Shown: positions 39,581 to 49,800 of the stretch, piece after piece
Numbering within the stretch: the stretch's first letter is position 1
How the letters are laid out: the number at the start of each line of letters is the position of its first letter
Source of the DNA: an uncultured bacterium
GTDB taxonomy: Bacteria > Verrucomicrobiota > Verrucomicrobiia > Verrucomicrobiales > DEV007
Direction of reading: 5' to 3'
Assembly (NCBI GenBank): GCA_963977015.1
Contig: CAXBMO010000020.1
Coordinates: 1-64,000, forward strand
Length of the DNA: 64,000 nucleotides
Translations under genes and position numbers: made by a program
The notes under the pieces: model-generated
Told to the model about the DNA's origin: nothing
Databases searched by the model: none
The model's input: the letters and a program-made list of their open reading frames with translations, nothing else

Positions 39581-41203
39581 CTACGAGTCCTTCAGCAGCG
39601 CCATGGCGCGCTGAATATTTTTCTCGCGGTTGTCCAGAATCTTGGTTCTCGCCCAGCGGTAATTCGTCGCCGCCATGATTTCCGGAATGGCGGTGTCGGC
39701 TGCGATATCGCCCAGAATCTGCTCATAGGGAACCGGACCAACCGGGCGGTAGGCTCCGGAATAAAAGTAACCGTGAACGACACTGGCAAGAGCTCGCGCC
39801 TCCCGTTCGCCATTCCCTTTGATTCCTGGGTACTCGAACAGAGAGCGATAGAGCTCGCGGTTTCCGTCCGTCCGCACCACGCGATTTTTCAGGGTCGCCA
39901 AGTAACGGGTAAACGCGCGAAGGTTTTCGATCAACGGCATCGGCTGGTTCCAAACCGGCGCTTCGTCACCGATCCAGAATCGAATTTTGTCCGGTAAAGG
40001 CAAGAGCCCGCGTTCGCCTTCACTGTGAATGTGAAACGGATCCACCCTCCCCCTCCGGTTCAGCCCCATCTCCGCATAAAACACGACCCAAACCTCTTCG
40101 AGCGTCAACTTGAGAAGATCCATCCCATCATTCTGGGCATCTCGCCATTGATTGGTCTCGGTGATGAGAGCTTCGAGAGCCACACGGTTTTGCGAAAAGA
40201 ACTGCGCTTTGGTCAGGTCTTCATACACGAAATGGATTCCGGCAACTTGGTCGGCCGGATGCGAGCGCTCAACCTCTGTGGTTAGGGTCTCGGTTGGACG
40301 AACCGTGCTGATCGAGATCGCGTAATCATCGATCGCCGACGCATAAGCCGCGGCCAACTCGTCTTTCCGATCCATTCCCAACTTCATTTCGCGGTCGTTG
40401 CTCATGAAGAACGGCTCCACAATCACGGCCGGCGCTTTGGTGTTCGCAATCAGGGTCCATCCTCGACCGCCGGAAAGCGGTTTCAGCCCGCGATCCCGCA
40501 GGCCCAAGGCCTTTAAAACCTCGTCCTGCAACAAGGACGCCAACCGTTCCCCATTGCGAGAGCGGTGATGGTACAACATCTCGGTACCACTCGCTCCCAC
40601 CGTAAAGTTGCAGTGGAGACTCACAATAAAATCCGGATCCAGGCTGTTGAGTTTGGCCGGCAACCGCGTGAGACCATCCGAAACATCATCCCGGAAGACG
40701 ATCTCGACATCGGCATGCTTCACTCGCTCGGCAACGCGTTTCGCAATATCGCTGTTGTAGCCCCACTCTGTAACCTTGTATCGCTCGCTCTTCGCACCTT
40801 GAGAACTTTTGCGGTGCCCAACCACAAGCGCCACCAAAGGCTTCGGTGAACTCGGAACCACGTCGGTTGCCTCAGGTTCCGGTTCAGCCGGCCCAATCAC
40901 CTCTTCCAGAATCTCCAGCACCCGCTCTTCCAGATCCTTCCGGTCAATGTGGCCGGCATCCAAATACCGCTGAAGCAATTGGGACGTAATTGCCGGGAGC
41001 AACTCGATAATCAATGCGTCGTAGAGAACGCCATCTTCCAGGGTTCCGGTCAGAACCGCGAATTGATCCAACTCAACAGCTTCCTGAAAAGGGTGATCCT
41101 CCGGGCGTTCCCCGGTAATCGCTCTGGTCAGCGTGATGGAACCATCAGCAGTGAGAAATTCTTGAGATCCGGTAAAGCGACCAACAACGATGTCTGATTT
41201 CAT
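39581..41203 (-). CDS. N-acetylmuramoyl-L-alanine amidase (Amidase_3) with extra N- and C-terminal domains
   Basis: LVVGH...TEW, SLHCN, GTEMLY, AVIVEPFFMSN Zn/catalytic motifs. Confidence 0.85.
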   Translation of the reverse strand: MKSDIVVGRFTGSQEFLTADGSITLTRAITGERPEDHPFQEAVELDQFAVLTGTLEDGVLYDALIIELLPAITSQLLQRYLDAGHIDRKDLEERVLEILEEVIGPAEPEPEATDVVPSSPKPLVALVVGHRKSSQGAKSERYKVTEWGYNSDIAKRVAERVKHADVEIVFRDDVSDGLTRLPAKLNSLDPDFIVSLHCNFTVGASGTEMLYHHRSRNGERLASLLQDEVLKALGLRDRGLKPLSGGRGWTLIANTKAPAVIVEPFFMSNDREMKLGMDRKDELAAAYASAIDDYAISISTVRPTETLTTEVERSHPADQVAGIHFVYEDLTKAQFFSQNRVALEALITETNQWRDAQNDGMDLLKLTLEEVWVVFYAEMGLNRRGRVDPFHIHSEGERGLLPLPDKIRFWIGDEAPVWNQPMPLIENLRAFTRYLATLKNRVVRTDGNRELYRSLFEYPGIKGNGEREARALASVVHGYFYSGAYRPVGPVPYEQILGDIAADTAIPEIMAATNYRWARTKILDNREKNIQRAMALLKDS

Positions 41204-41255
41204 GGGCGGAAAGCGTGGTCGCCGAATTTGGGCCACGCCTACTGGCGACGCAAGC

Positions 41256-42209
41256 TCAATGCTGAGCGTAGAATGCCCGTTTCCCCTTCTTCGGCGGCGG
41301 ATCGATGTTGATTGCGATCCAAGTGAAGAACAATGCGGCGATGATGCTTCCCACCATCGGAAGGAAAATCCCGGGAATTCCGATCAGGAGAGGCGCGAAA
41401 AGATACAAAATGACGACCTGGCTTCCGGGGGCCGGATCATACGGATCTTCGAAGGTGCGAAGCTTCACTCTGGCCAATTGAAGTCCCAAAATCGTAAAGA
41501 AACCGCCGGCAGTGATCAAATTGATGAACAGGAGCAACGACGCAAATCCTCCCCAGAACCCGGGTTTCTCGATCGCAACGACCGCAAAGATGGTCGCCGG
41601 AATCATGGTGCTCCCAAGCACGAAAACTGCGGCAAGAATCAGCGAAACGCGGCCGAGATAATTCCGGTAGGCCGACGCACCAATGACCATCGCGCAAAAC
41701 ACGGCGTTGTTCAGCAACAAGGCCGCACCAATCATCAAATGCTCGACCAATTCAAACCCGCCGAAAAAGTAACGAAGAAACAGGTAGGGAAGAATCGAAA
41801 CGAAAACGAGGAGGCTCAGCGCGACTGAGAAGACCCATTTTCCCCGGACAATTTGCCAGCGGCTCAACCCGCTCAGCAGAAGCAGCTCCGCGTTTCTCCC
41901 GGAAAACTCCTGCTGCAGATCGAAAAACCGCGTCGCGGGAATCACGAACAGCATCATGAAGTAGGCAACCCCCCAATAAATAAGGCCGTAGCGAATCAGG
42001 TTGTCATCGGCGCCGGCAAAGGTGCTCGATCCCGAGGCCATGTCTGTCACGATAAAGTATTCCAACGCACAGGCCGCCACCATGACGATGTGGATGGCAA
42101 TAAAAGGGACGACGAACTTTCTTGCCCTCAAACCCTGGCGAAGTTCCTTCACCGTCATCGGGTGAATCCGCTCCGAAAAATCGGCGAACTTGGCTTCAGA
42201 GAAGAGCAT
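41256..42209 (-). CDS. ABC-2-type permease-like membrane protein
   Basis: PMTVKELRQGLR, ELLLLSGLSRWQIVRGKW, multiple TM helices. Confidence 0.8.
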   Translation of the reverse strand: MLFSEAKFADFSERIHPMTVKELRQGLRARKFVVPFIAIHIVMVAACALEYFIVTDMASGSSTFAGADDNLIRYGLIYWGVAYFMMLFVIPATRFFDLQQEFSGRNAELLLLSGLSRWQIVRGKWVFSVALSLLVFVSILPYLFLRYFFGGFELVEHLMIGAALLLNNAVFCAMVIGASAYRNYLGRVSLILAAVFVLGSTMIPATIFAVVAIEKPGFWGGFASLLLFINLITAGGFFTILGLQLARVKLRTFEDPYDPAPGSQVVILYLFAPLLIGIPGIFLPMVGSIIAALFFTWIAINIDPPPKKGKRAFYAQH

Positions 42210-42318
42210 GACCCATCGGATTTAGAGAAATGCTTGATTGAAGTAAAGCATCGATCCGGGGAACTGTCCGAGATCTTAGACTCTTCACTTTCATACTCAT
42301 CCGCGAGCGGAGAAAAGA

Positions 42319-42392
42319 TCGGGGAGACAGGATTCGAACCTGCGACATCCTGCTCCCAAAGCAGGCACTCTACCAAGCTGAGTTACTCCCCG
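42319..42392 (-). tRNA. tRNA-Pro (TGG), CCA not encoded
   Basis: Reverse complement CGGGGAG-TA-ACTC-AGCTTGGTA-GAGT-G-CCTGC-TTTGGGA-GCAGG-ATGTC-GCAGG-TTCGAAT-CCTGT-CTCCCCG-A folds as a cloverleaf. Confidence 0.97.
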
Positions 42393-42531
42393 ATATGAGT
42401 TACTCGCGAGGCGTGACTGTGCCTTGGAAAGTACAAAGTGCAAGGCTCAAATTTTCATAAATGTAAAGTTTTTCTTGATAATTAGGATTTCTTAAGGTTT
42501 ATAGAGATTATGTTACGTTAGGAAATTTATT

Positions 42532-45500
42532 GTGTCTGCCTATCCTCAATCCATTCTCTCCGGAATCCTTGCCCTTATCCTGGCGGGATCCGCCATGGCC
42601 CAGCAAGATGACGGGCCACCCGCAACTGTGGCTCCCGATGCCACCTCCGGAGAAACATCGCCCCCCGAGAAGAAAGACACAGCCGGTCAAACGGAAGAAA
42701 AAGCCGATTCTCCCGCGATGGACGCTCCCGGGAACCGCACCACACTGTTCCCTCCCCTCGATCAAACCCAGAAAATGCGGGAAAAGGTCGAGTCCGGCAG
42801 TTTGCGGGAAGATGTGGGACTCCCCACTCCCGAAGGAGGAGAAACAAAAATCCTCGCAATCGTCAGGGACGGGGACTCCTGGTATTTCGATAGTCTGGTG
42901 GAGGAATTCATCTTTCAGCTCGAGGAGCTGGCAGTTGGGAACTATGGGCTGGAGATCTATGAGGCGAATGCCGAATACGATCCCGAAGTCGTGCGGGAAT
43001 TGCTCGCTCAGGCGCTGGAAAACCCAAGTGTGGATTTGATTTATGCCGCCGGAATCGTTGCTACGGAAATCGCGGCGAAAATGCCGGATGTAGATCGCCG
43101 CGTTCCGATCATGGCGGGAGCCGTTCGATTTTCGGATTTGCGCGGACTGCGCATTTCTCCTGAGGGAACGTCCGCGATTCCAAACCTGACGTTCATTACC
43201 AATCCCCAGCGTGTTTCTGAAGATCTCCGAATGCTGAGAGACCTTACCAAAACCAAAAAAATCCACGGGTTGATTGATGCCTATGCGCTCAGCGACATGC
43301 CGGGGCTTGAGAGCGCAAAACTCCAGGCGGAGAAGGCACTCGGAGTTTCCCTGGAAATCATTGGCAGCAAAATGACGGCCAAAGACACGCTTGACGCCAT
43401 TCCCAAAAACGTCAGCGACGTTTACGTAACCATTTTGCCAAGCCTGGACATCTTTGAACGCGAAGACCTCTTCGTCGGCTTAGCTGAACGGAACATTCGC
43501 ACCATCTCAATGCTCGGAGAATCAGACGTTGAAATTGGAGCAATGGCGGCATTGGCACCCGACAATTCGGAATCGGTCGCCCGGCGCACTGCGGTGAACG
43601 CTCACCAGCTTCTGCAAGGTGTCTCGACCGAACTGCTCCCGGTCTATCTACCGGTCGAGGACAATCTCGTCATCAACATGGAAACAGCCGACGCGGTGGA
43701 ATGGTCGCCTGACTATGAGACTGTCCTAACCGCCCAGTTCGTCAACGAAGACAGCGGCGAGACCGGAGATTCCATCGACGTTTCCAAAGCAATGGCGAAA
43801 GCCGCCAAACGGAATGCGCAAGTCCGCACCACAGCCGAGGACGAAGCGATTGCCCAACAAGACGTCTACATCACCCGGAGCAATCGACGTCCGCAAATTT
43901 CGCTCGAGGGAAACCATGGAAGGCAGGATCTCGCGGATTCCTACCTGGATTTTCCGGGAGCGACGCTCGCTACTCCCACCGGAGATTTCACGCTTCCCAG
44001 CTTCGACCTGTCGGGAAGCTCGTTCCAGGGCGAATACGGGGTCCAAGTCCGCAAAGTCCTGTTCAACGATGAGATCCGGAGTGGCGTCAAAGCTGGTAAA
44101 GAAGCGGTCATCTCCAATCGACTGGAAACCCGATCGGTGCAACTGGATGCGATGGAGGACGCCGCAATTGCCTACTTCAATTACCTCAGCGCCGACAATC
44201 TCTACGAAATTGAAAAGGAGAACCTGCGCCTCACCGAAAACAACCTTCAGCTCGCCAAACTGCGGATCGAGATTGGGTCCGCAGAACCTTCCGAGCGCTA
44301 CCGATGGGAACAGGACGTCGCCCGAAGCCGGGCACGCCTCTTTCAGCGGGATTCGGACCGCGCCGACGCCCTCGTTGAATTCAACCGGATCCTGGGTGAA
44401 CCTCGTGGGAAGAAATGGGATTTCGAGGACTACGAAGTTGGGGACGACGAGTTCTTCTTCATGGATGACGACCTGGGACCACTGATCGAAAACATCCGGG
44501 ACTTTAAGAAATTCAGCCTCTTTCTCCAGTCACTCGCCGTCGTGAATTCTCCGGAACTTCGCGCCTTCGAACACAGTCTCGCCGCACAAGGCATCCTGCT
44601 CGAAAAAAATCGACGCAGCTTCTTCGTTCCTGAGGTTACCGGGTTCGTCAGTCAAAACCGCACCGTTCTTGGCAGTTCTTCCCTCTCTGATCATCTCAGC
44701 CAACATGAATCCACCGTCGGTTTTCAGTTCAGCCTCCCCCTCTTCGAAGGTGGACGCCGAACCGCTGAGGTCGAACGTCAACGCGCCGTTATCCGTCAAC
44801 TGGCCGCCCAACGTGAGAACGCGCTCGAACTGATCGAGCAACGCACCTATGCCGCAGTTCACGGCATTTCGGCGGCGCATCCAAACATCCGTTTCAGTCG
44901 ACTCGGCCTTGAAGCATCAGAAAAGACGTATGAGTCGGTGCAGGAAAAATACTCACAGGGTGCAGCCAGTATCTTGGATTTGTTGGATGCCCAATCCGCC
45001 CTTCTTACCCAACGGCAGCAGGCTGCGATTGCGACCTACTCCTATCTTCAACAGATTCACCGCCTGCAACGATCCATCGCCTGGTTCGAACACGAAAAGA
45101 GCGCGAGCGAGAAAGAGGAATGGACGGATGCCCTGAAGAGCTACCTCGACGATGGCAACCTCGGCGACTTCAAATTTTCTCCCGGCGTCAGCGTTCCTTC
45201 CAGTCCGGATTGGGAAGAGGCAATTGTCGCCTCGAAGAGCAAAACAAAGTCCAAGAAGAGTCGGAAGTTCAGACCTTCCGATGACGATTCCAGTGACAGC
45301 AGTGAGACGGATAGCGAAAGCGTTGAACTCGGAGAAAGCGGCTTCGAATTCGTGGAGTATGAGATTATCGAAGCTGACGACAGTCCCGAAGACCAGGTGG
45401 AAACGGCAACCGGCGATCCCGAAACCGAGACGGAGCTTGAATCGCTTCCCGGAACCGAGACGCCCGAACGAGATCGCCGTTCCAGATTGGGCCATCGCAA

Positions 45501-45774
45501 TTCAGGATCGTTTTCACCATCATCCGAACAGGAACCGATCGAGTTGAGTGAAAGTTTTACCCGGGTTCGCTCCGCGCTTGGTCGTTCCGACGTTGCTTCT
45601 GCACCGGAAACAACACCTGAAATCGGGAAGCCATCCAAGCTCGTCCCCGTTGTTGAGATTTCCCCGCCGTCGCCAAGTGTTCCCGTCGCCACTGACAACG
45701 TTCCCAAACATACTGCGACACCCCAAAAGCCAAAAGGACGGCGCATTGGCGCGATCGTGCGCAGACGCAGATAG
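42532..45774 (+). CDS. TolC-family outer-membrane factor fused to an N-terminal ABC-type substrate-binding domain, with a long acidic tail
   Basis: Signal peptide; N-half with NLVINMETADA; C-half with RIEIGSAEPSE, FSLPLFEGG, YSQGAASILDLLDAQ; S/E/D/P-rich tail. Confidence 0.85.
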   Translation: MSAYPQSILSGILALILAGSAMAQQDDGPPATVAPDATSGETSPPEKKDTAGQTEEKADSPAMDAPGNRTTLFPPLDQTQKMREKVESGSLREDVGLPTPEGGETKILAIVRDGDSWYFDSLVEEFIFQLEELAVGNYGLEIYEANAEYDPEVVRELLAQALENPSVDLIYAAGIVATEIAAKMPDVDRRVPIMAGAVRFSDLRGLRISPEGTSAIPNLTFITNPQRVSEDLRMLRDLTKTKKIHGLIDAYALSDMPGLESAKLQAEKALGVSLEIIGSKMTAKDTLDAIPKNVSDVYVTILPSLDIFEREDLFVGLAERNIRTISMLGESDVEIGAMAALAPDNSESVARRTAVNAHQLLQGVSTELLPVYLPVEDNLVINMETADAVEWSPDYETVLTAQFVNEDSGETGDSIDVSKAMAKAAKRNAQVRTTAEDEAIAQQDVYITRSNRRPQISLEGNHGRQDLADSYLDFPGATLATPTGDFTLPSFDLSGSSFQGEYGVQVRKVLFNDEIRSGVKAGKEAVISNRLETRSVQLDAMEDAAIAYFNYLSADNLYEIEKENLRLTENNLQLAKLRIEIGSAEPSERYRWEQDVARSRARLFQRDSDRADALVEFNRILGEPRGKKWDFEDYEVGDDEFFFMDDDLGPLIENIRDFKKFSLFLQSLAVVNSPELRAFEHSLAAQGILLEKNRRSFFVPEVTGFVSQNRTVLGSSSLSDHLSQHESTVGFQFSLPLFEGGRRTAEVERQRAVIRQLAAQRENALELIEQRTYAAVHGISAAHPNIRFSRLGLEASEKTYESVQEKYSQGAASILDLLDAQSALLTQRQQAAIATYSYLQQIHRLQRSIAWFEHEKSASEKEEWTDALKSYLDDGNLGDFKFSPGVSVPSSPDWEEAIVASKSKTKSKKSRKFRPSDDDSSDSSETDSESVELGESGFEFVEYEIIEADDSPEDQVETATGDPETETELESLPGTETPERDRRSRLGHRNSGSFSPSSEQEPIELSESFTRVRSALGRSDVASAPETTPEIGKPSKLVPVVEISPPSPSVPVATDNVPKHTATPQKPKGRRIGAIVRRRR

Positions 45775-45813
45775 TTTTGTCTTTGAATCCGCCTCACTTT
45801 CTCCGAACACGCC

Positions 45814-46860
45814 ATGAGCCATCCCTTCCACTTCACTATTTCCTGGTTTGCGGTTCCGTGCATCGCAATGGTTTTCGCTGGATGCGGCAAGCCTGAACCC
45901 ATCGCTCCCCAAAAGCCACGCCCCGTTTACACGATCGAAGTTGAAGCGCCGGAATCGACCATCCGGCGATCATTCTCCGGCCTGGTCAATTCTGCCGAAG
46001 GAGTTGGAATTGCGTTCGAAGTCGGAGGTCGAGTCATCGATGTCTACGCGGAGGAGGGTGTGCGTTACAAGAAGGACACAATTCTCGCGAAGATCGACGA
46101 CACGGAATACCGAAATCAGATGGTCGGAGCGGAAGCCCAACTGACCGAAGCGATCCAAAATCTCCGCCGGACTCAGCAACTGTTCGAGACCGGGAACGCT
46201 GCCCAGGGAGCCCTCGAGACCTCGATCGCGCAGGAGAAGGCAGCACGCTCCAACTACAACAGCGCCCAAAAACGGGTTCAAGATTCCGTCCTCAAAATGC
46301 CCTACGATGGCGTCATTGGTGAAGTCAACATCGATGCCCAGCAAGTGGTGAGCACCGGCCAAACCGCCATGACGATTCAGGGAGAATCCGGGCTCGAGTT
46401 TGAGATCGGCGTTCCCGCCGAGGTGGTCGCAAGCATCAAACCGGAACAATCTGCCGTCATCGAGTTGGGCACACTTCCCGACAAACAGTTTCCCGCCAAA
46501 ATTGTAACGGTTTCTCCTCAGCCAGGCGCGAACACGACCTATCCCGTAACGCTGGAGATTGAAGAGGCCGACGATCGAATTCGCGAAGGAATGGACGGTG
46601 AAGCCATTCTGACACTCACGAACCCGGACGGCGCTCTCACCAACATTCCGGCCGTTTGCGTCGTCGCGGAACCCGGAGATTCACAGTTCGTCTGGGTTTT
46701 CAACGAAGGCCAGGTTTCGAAGCGCACGGTGAAGACTGGTCGCCTTCGCGATAACGGCATGATCGAGATTGTTGAAGGACTCGAAAAAGGGGAGACGGTC
46801 ATCTCCAGAGGAGTGCATCGACTTCGCGAAGGACAAACCGTGCGTCTCCTGGAGCAGTAA
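45814..46860 (+). CDS. RND efflux periplasmic adaptor (MFP), lipoprotein
   Basis: Lipobox FAGC; AFEVGGRV, LKMPYDGVI, TYPV, GLEKGETVISRG. Confidence 0.93.
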   Translation: MSHPFHFTISWFAVPCIAMVFAGCGKPEPIAPQKPRPVYTIEVEAPESTIRRSFSGLVNSAEGVGIAFEVGGRVIDVYAEEGVRYKKDTILAKIDDTEYRNQMVGAEAQLTEAIQNLRRTQQLFETGNAAQGALETSIAQEKAARSNYNSAQKRVQDSVLKMPYDGVIGEVNIDAQQVVSTGQTAMTIQGESGLEFEIGVPAEVVASIKPEQSAVIELGTLPDKQFPAKIVTVSPQPGANTTYPVTLEIEEADDRIREGMDGEAILTLTNPDGALTNIPAVCVVAEPGDSQFVWVFNEGQVSKRTVKTGRLRDNGMIEIVEGLEKGETVISRGVHRLREGQTVRLLEQ

Positions 46861-46861
46861 C

Positions 46862-49800
46862 ATGAATCCGGCAGCCTTCACCCTTAAGAACAACCGCACC
46901 GCCCTGGTCATCTATGGGGCGACGCTCTTGTTTGGAGCCGCGACGTTCCTCTCGATCAGCCGTCTCGAATATCCCGAGTTCACGATCCGCAACGCCCAGA
47001 TCATCACCCAGTATCCTGGCCGAACCACCGTTCAGGTTGAACAGGAAGTCACCGAACCGATCGAGCAAAAACTGCGGCAAATGCCGGAAATGTTGGAGAT
47101 CAAGTCGACCTCCAAACCAGGGCTTTCCATCATCACGGTCGAGATCCGCGATGAGTTCTTCGACATGGAAGACATCTGGACCGACATGCGAAATCGCATC
47201 AGTGAAGTCCGACTCCCCCAGGGTGCTCAGGAGCCGACAGTCAACGATGATTTTGGCGATGTCTTTCCCTATATTTACGCCCTGACGAGCGACGGCTTCA
47301 GCTACCGCGAAATGCTTGATCACGCCGAGGATATCCGTGACGCGCTTCTCGCCATCGATGGAGTCGGCAAGGTGGAGTTCCACGGCGAACAGGAAGAACG
47401 CATCTATCTGGAATTTTCGAGTAGCGAAGTCGCGGCCTATGGTGCCTCGCCGACGCGAATCGCCGGGGTCATCAACAATCAGAACGCAGTCTCCACCAGT
47501 GGAGACGTTCAGTTTGGTCCGGAACGCATCAATCTGATCACCCTGGGTGAGTTCGAAAATCTGGACGAGCTCAAGAGTTACCGCCTGACCATTCCGGGAG
47601 AAGCCACCAGTGTCCAGGTCTCCGATCTCTTTAATGTTCAGCGCAGCTATCAGGATCCGCCAAGATCGATCACTCACTTCAATGGCGAACGGGTAATCTG
47701 CATTGCGGTCTCCATGCTCGACGGAGGGGTCGTGACCAAAATCGGCGACGCGATCGAGATGAAGCTCGCCGCCCTGCAACAAGAACTTCCCGTTGGGCTC
47801 GATATAGAGTCCATGTTCTTTCAACCGGAATACGTCGCCAAGTCGGTGAACGATTTCGTCGTCAATCTCGGCCAGGCTTTCTTTTTCGTCGTCATCGTCA
47901 TGCTCCTCTTCGCTGGTTGGAGGATCTCAATCATTGTCGGCATCCTGGTTCCTTCCGCCATTCTCATCGCGTTCGCGTTAATGCCCTCCCTGGGGATCGC
48001 GCTGGAGACCATGTCGATCGCCGCCCTGATCATCGCGCTTGGTCTCCTCGTCGATAACGCCGTCGTCGTCAGTGAACAGATCCTGGTTCGTCTCAACGCC
48101 GGTCAGTCACGGTTTGAAGCGGTCACGGAGTCGGTGCGAACCCTGACCATTCCACTTCTTGCCGCCAGCGGAACAACGATTGCCGCCTTCTCCACCATCG
48201 CCCTGGCATCCGGCCAAACCGCGGAGTTCACCTACAGCCTTTTCGCCGTTGTTTCGCTGACATTGCTGGGTAGCTGGATCCTTTCGATCACCATCATTCC
48301 GCTCTTTTCGTTCTACTTTCTCAAAGAGTTGAAACGCGACACGCTGATCGGACGCGGGCTCAACCGCCTCTACGATCCCTACGAGCGCATGCTGCGCTTT
48401 CTCCTCAAGCTCAAATGGGCCTACCCAATCCTCATTCTGGTCCTGACGCTTGGCGCGGGGATGCTGTTCGGGAAGGTGCCGAGCATCTTCTTTCCACCGA
48501 ATGAGCGGGGCCAGTTCGTGATCGAATTCGAACTTCCGCTTGGAACCGACATTTCCGAGACCGAGGCCAGGGTCGCCGAGTTGGAATCCTATCTCCTTTC
48601 GGAAGAACGCGATCAGATTCGACGTGTGTCGACCTGGATTGGGGATGGCGGACCGCGTTGGTATCTCAGCTTGTCGCCCGAACCTCCGAATTCAGGCTAC
48701 GCCTTCTTTTCGGTCCTGACCCATTCGAATGACCCCAAGTCCATTCAACGGATGATCAATCGCATTCATCAGTTTGCCGAGAATCAGGATCCCAATGTCC
48801 GCGTGGTCGCCCGGACGTTGGAGAATGGTCCTCCGGTAGGCGACCCGATCCAAATTCGCCTCTACGGACCGGACATGGAGACTCTCTACAAGCTTCGGGA
48901 CGAGATCATCCCTGAAGTGGAAGCCGTCCCCGGAATGTTCGATGTGCGGGATAGTTGGGGATCCTGGGTGAAACAAATTAGCGTGGATCCGGATCCCGTG
49001 CGATCCGTCCGCCTCGGTCTCACGACGAACAGCATCTCCGAAAGTCTCAATCTGCAGTTCAGCGGTCTCAATTTTTCGACCTTCCAAGAGGATGAAGAAG
49101 CGATCCCGATGGTGATGCGTTCCAAGGAGGATTTTCGGGAAAACCCGGATCGCATCGCTGACCTACCCATCTTTATCAGCAGCGGAACGGTCCCCCTTGG
49201 CCAAGTCGCCGACACCAGCGTGGATTTTCTTCCCGGATCCATCAAGCGCGAAGACACGATTCGCATGATGACCATCAAAGGCCGCGTCCGCGATCGATTT
49301 TCCAGTGAAGCGCTGGCCGAGGTCCAGCCTCGGATCGCCAAGTTGGTCGAAGGCGAAAACTGGCCGATCGGCTACTGGATTGAGTACGGCGGGGAACAGG
49401 AGGAGAGCGCCAAATCTCAGAAGTCCATTGGAAGCGCCATGCCCATCTCCTTGACGATTCTATCGCTCATCCTGATTGGTCAGTTCAACAGCCTGCGACG
49501 TTTTGCCATCATTCTCCTGACGATTCCACCAATGCTAATCGGCGTCGTCCCCGGACTGCTGATCACGGGATCTTCCTTCGGCTTCATGACGCTCCTCGGC
49601 ATGATTGCGCTTCTTGGGATCATCGTGAACAACGCCATCCTTCTCATCGACGAAACCGACCATCAAATCGATGAAGGATTGGAGCTGGAAGAGGCGATTG
49701 TTGAGGCCGCAAAATCGCGGCTCCGCCCGATCATCATGACCACGATCACGACCATTATTGGTCTCCTGCCCCTGGCCATCAGCGGTGGCGGAATGTGGAG

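Noticed and set aside
39581-42531. tRNA-Pro as an island or prophage attachment site
   Set aside because: No integrase, no phage genes, and I found no duplicated tRNA 3' end in the window
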